DNA of 64,000 nt from an uncultured Christensenellaceae bacterium (GTDB lineage: Bacteria; Bacillota; Clostridia; Christensenellales; UMGS416), in assembly GCA_944376795.1 (NCBI GenBank), contig CALWDW010000001.1, positions 126,106-190,105 on the forward strand. The letters run 5' to 3'. Positions 61,255 through 64,000 of this stretch are shown here, piece by piece (the first letter of the stretch is position 1; the number at the start of each line of letters is the position of its first letter). Made by a program: the position numbers and the translations under genes. Under the pieces are notes generated by a model. It made no database searches and was not told the origin of the DNA. It saw only the letters and a program-made list of their open reading frames with translations.

Positions 61255-64000
61255 ATGAAGCGAGTATACCGGCATCTCTCCGAACCCGAACAATACCCCG
61301 CGTTCACCCGGCGCTCCGCCAAGGCCGTGACCCGTAAAGCCCTGCAGGGAAAGATACAGTTTACCTCCCTGCGCGGCTTCCCCACCGTTTCAGACGGCGG
61401 CAGGACCCGCCTCACCGAAATCCGGGAAACCATTGAAATGTACGAGGACCACTTCCGCCTGGGAAAGGTTCTTTGGCCCGTTTACCCCACGCTTCTCACC
61501 GAGAACTTCCACGATTTGGTGGATATCTGCAGAGAAAAAGGACTCTATCTTTATGACTTCTGGGGATATGTTCCCGGATCCCGTCCCGTCAAGGAGATTT
61601 GGGGGGAATACACCATTCCCGAGGATGCGGACGCTTACATGCGCAGCCAGCTGGGAGACCGCTTTCTGGGCTACGACAACGGCGAGCAGGACGGCCGCTA
61701 TGTGCATGCCTTGGCAAACCGCTGTGCCCCGCTGCTTCCTTCCCGCCAAGCCCAGTATAAGAACTTCCAGGCATACTTTGAAAAGCTCAACGACGCCATG
61801 CGCAATAACACGGTCACCTTGGCTTCATTGACCTTCCTGCACTACTTTGCCAGAGAGGGCAACACCATCATGCTGGGGGCCGAAACCGCCCAGGCCCTGC
61901 CCTGCAGCGCCATGTGGTTCGCCTTTATCCGCGGGGCCGCCAAGCAGTACGGCCTGCTCTATTACGGAAACGCCTCGGTTTGGAACCGCTGGGGCTACAA
62001 GGACTACCATTGGGAGGAAACCGATACCAGCCAGGGCTTCGAAGCGGGACGATTCGCAGGAACCAGCCTTTCCCTGCTTCGCCGCCTGATTTACAATCAG
62101 TATATGTACAACTGTGACATCCTGGGGTTCGAAAGCAGCTGGTTCACTTCCTCCCCCGCAGCCCCCGGCAGCCAAAGTGACGCAGCCCACTATATCATGG
62201 GCGATACCGAGTATACCTTGACGCCCATTGGCGTCCTGCAGCAGCAATGCCGGGCCTTCGTGGAACGTCATGGATTTCCCGGGGTCCTGTATACGCCGCT
62301 GGCCATTGTCACGGATTTTCACGCCGGCTGGATGCCTCCCCGCCATCTCTACACCCGGGACATCTACAAGGTATGGGGAAATCTCCCCTACCGCGTGGGA
62401 GATTACCAGCTGGACTGCCTGTTTTCCCTCCTATTTCCCCACTACGAACGCGCCGGATTCTACCGGAATGAGTCCGGATTCCTCACGGAAACTCCCTATG
62501 GAGAAATAGCCGACCTTCTTCTCAACGATGTGGACAGCGCCGTGCTCCAGCGCTACAGCGCCGCAATCGTGGTCAACGACACGCCCATAGACTATGAGTT
62601 TTTCCTCAAACTCAAGACCTTTGCAGCCCAGGGCGGGAAGCTTTTGGTCTTCCGCGGGCTGGCTGAGGCCGGGCGGAAGACGGCGGTATGGGACGCGGAC
62701 TACGACGCTTTCTTTGGAATCGGCTCCCTGCCGCAGGGCCCCATAACGGAAATCCCCTGGGGAAAGGGCAGCGTGACCATCATCGAAGAGCATGACGGCC
62801 TGACCCCCACCGGACAGACCACCTATGCCAATGAGGAAAATGGGGATATCCCCCGGCCATACGCCTTTTCTCCCACTGCCCAGGATGCCCTGGACGCCTT
62901 CCTGCGGACTCTATCCATCCTGAAAGCAAACAATCCAGCGCTGCAGTACTGCGTTGACGTGAAGGACGCCGAGAACTACACCTTCTTCGCCGCCAACAAC
63001 ACCTGCGCGATGCAGGCCTTTGACCTGGAAGCCTGTGAAGGGGAAATCGTAGAGATCCAGGAGCTCCCCATCGAAGACGGCATAAAGGAATTGCCGGAGT
63101 TCCTGCCTGCCGGCACGCAGGCAGACCCCCATCCCCACGGCAGCGGCTCCTTCACCATTCTGCCGGGAGACTGCCGCTTGTTCTCGGTCAAAACCTGTGG
63201 AATCACCCTGGAGGAGCTCCCCGATCTCTACCCGGCTCCGCCTCATACCTCCCTGTTCCTTTCCCTCCCGACAGGCTCCGGATCGGCTAAGGATTATCTC
63301 CTAGAGCACCCCACCTTCTCCCAGCACTTCTGCGGGCTTCTGCTGCCAGCCTCCTACTTGGAAGCGCGCAGCGAGGAAGCCGCCGCCAAGGAAGCCCACT
63401 ATTTCCGACTGCAAGGAATCTCCGTGGCGGTGGATTTCACGCCGTTGCTCAATCATTATCCCGATATCGCCATCATCGGCAATATACCTTCCCGCTCCCG
63501 GGAAGCCGTGGAACGAGCGGAACGTACCCTGCGCCTGGCCGCGGCCTATGACTGCTCTTTTGCCGTCTTCACCGGTACGCGGAATGCCGAAAACGAATGG
63601 ACGCCCCAGCAAGCCCTGGATGGCAGCCTAGAGACGCTCCGCGCTTTCCGGGAGATTGGGCAGCGGTATGGGATTCCTTGTTATCTGCAGAACCGGGTAC
63701 TGGACATCCCGGCAGAGGAACAGTACCGGCTGGGAGCCATGGCCGGCATGGGCAAGGCCCTGCACACGGCCTTCGCCCGCTGCGAAGGATGGACATACAG
63801 CGGCGCCGGAGAGGAACTGCTCCTGCTGGCCGCCGCCCAGCAGGATTGCTTCGGGCAGTGGTACAAAATGCAGCTGCCCTGCGCAGGCTGCCCCGATGAG
63901 AACCGCCGGAATGCGTTGCGCCAAGCCTATCGCGAGGCCTGCGCCCGGGGGATTCCCATTGTGCTGGCTGGTGACTTTTCCTCCTGGGACGAGGTTACCG
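61255..64000 (+). CDS. Large hypothetical protein (>915 aa, runs off the right edge), putative glycoside-hydrolase-like multidomain enzyme
   Basis: GAGGTG RBS and ATG 61255; the frame stays open to the window end (MKRVYRHLSEPEQY...DFWGYVPG...FLGYDNGEQDGRY...MLGAETAQAL...FIRGAAKQYG..YYGNASVWNRWG). Absent from the ORF track because there is no stop. Confidence 0.85.
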   Translation, partial: MKRVYRHLSEPEQYPAFTRRSAKAVTRKALQGKIQFTSLRGFPTVSDGGRTRLTEIRETIEMYEDHFRLGKVLWPVYPTLLTENFHDLVDICREKGLYLYDFWGYVPGSRPVKEIWGEYTIPEDADAYMRSQLGDRFLGYDNGEQDGRYVHALANRCAPLLPSRQAQYKNFQAYFEKLNDAMRNNTVTLASLTFLHYFAREGNTIMLGAETAQALPCSAMWFAFIRGAAKQYGLLYYGNASVWNRWGYKDYHWEETDTSQGFEAGRFAGTSLSLLRRLIYNQYMYNCDILGFESSWFTSSPAAPGSQSDAAHYIMGDTEYTLTPIGVLQQQCRAFVERHGFPGVLYTPLAIVTDFHAGWMPPRHLYTRDIYKVWGNLPYRVGDYQLDCLFSLLFPHYERAGFYRNESGFLTETPYGEIADLLLNDVDSAVLQRYSAAIVVNDTPIDYEFFLKLKTFAAQGGKLLVFRGLAEAGRKTAVWDADYDAFFGIGSLPQGPITEIPWGKGSVTIIEEHDGLTPTGQTTYANEENGDIPRPYAFSPTAQDALDAFLRTLSILKANNPALQYCVDVKDAENYTFFAANNTCAMQAFDLEACEGEIVEIQELPIEDGIKELPEFLPAGTQADPHPHGSGSFTILPGDCRLFSVKTCGITLEELPDLYPAPPHTSLFLSLPTGSGSAKDYLLEHPTFSQHFCGLLLPASYLEARSEEAAAKEAHYFRLQGISVAVDFTPLLNHYPDIAIIGNIPSRSREAVERAERTLRLAAAYDCSFAVFTGTRNAENEWTPQQALDGSLETLRAFREIGQRYGIPCYLQNRVLDIPAEEQYRLGAMAGMGKALHTAFARCEGWTYSGAGEELLLLAAAQQDCFGQWYKMQLPCAGCPDENRRNALRQAYREACARGIPIVLAGDFSSWDEVT

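Noticed and set aside
61390-63924. Many small ORFs listed at the right end of the window
   Set aside because: All overlap the single long plus-strand frame that starts at 61255.

Overview
Gene-dense, GC-rich chromosomal segment of a Clostridia-type Firmicute. The evidence for the lineage is a T-box leader, a homodimer-type GlyRS, the dnaX-ybaB-recR gene order, ywmB-murA, a spoVB-like gene and sporulation-type promoters. No prophage, IS, integrase or CRISPR array was found. Core genes: plsX (partial), glyQS with Gly T-box, ruvCAB-queA, argGH, dapAB, tRNA-Pro(GGG), potABCD with an XRE-cupin regulator, tgt-yajC, comF-recD2, larEBC, murA and dnaX-ybaB-recR. Most notable: (1) a raiA-motif large ncRNA after comF that is followed by pfkB-tgt-yajC rather than raiA/hpf; (2) a kinase-less operon encoding an FHA protein, a membrane PP2C phosphatase and a transmembrane trypsin-FHA protease; (3) a VTC-DUF4956-CotH operon under an OmpR-type direct repeat, possibly a polyphosphate-export and surface-phosphorylation machine; (4) a larEBC operon with an attenuator-like leader and a LarC carrying 15 His-rich hexapeptide repeats; (5) a DapB fused to tandem ACT-like domains; (6) a >915-aa glycoside-hydrolase-like ORF that is missing from the ORF track and runs off the window end. 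All family calls come from motif recognition by eye; no database searches were run.
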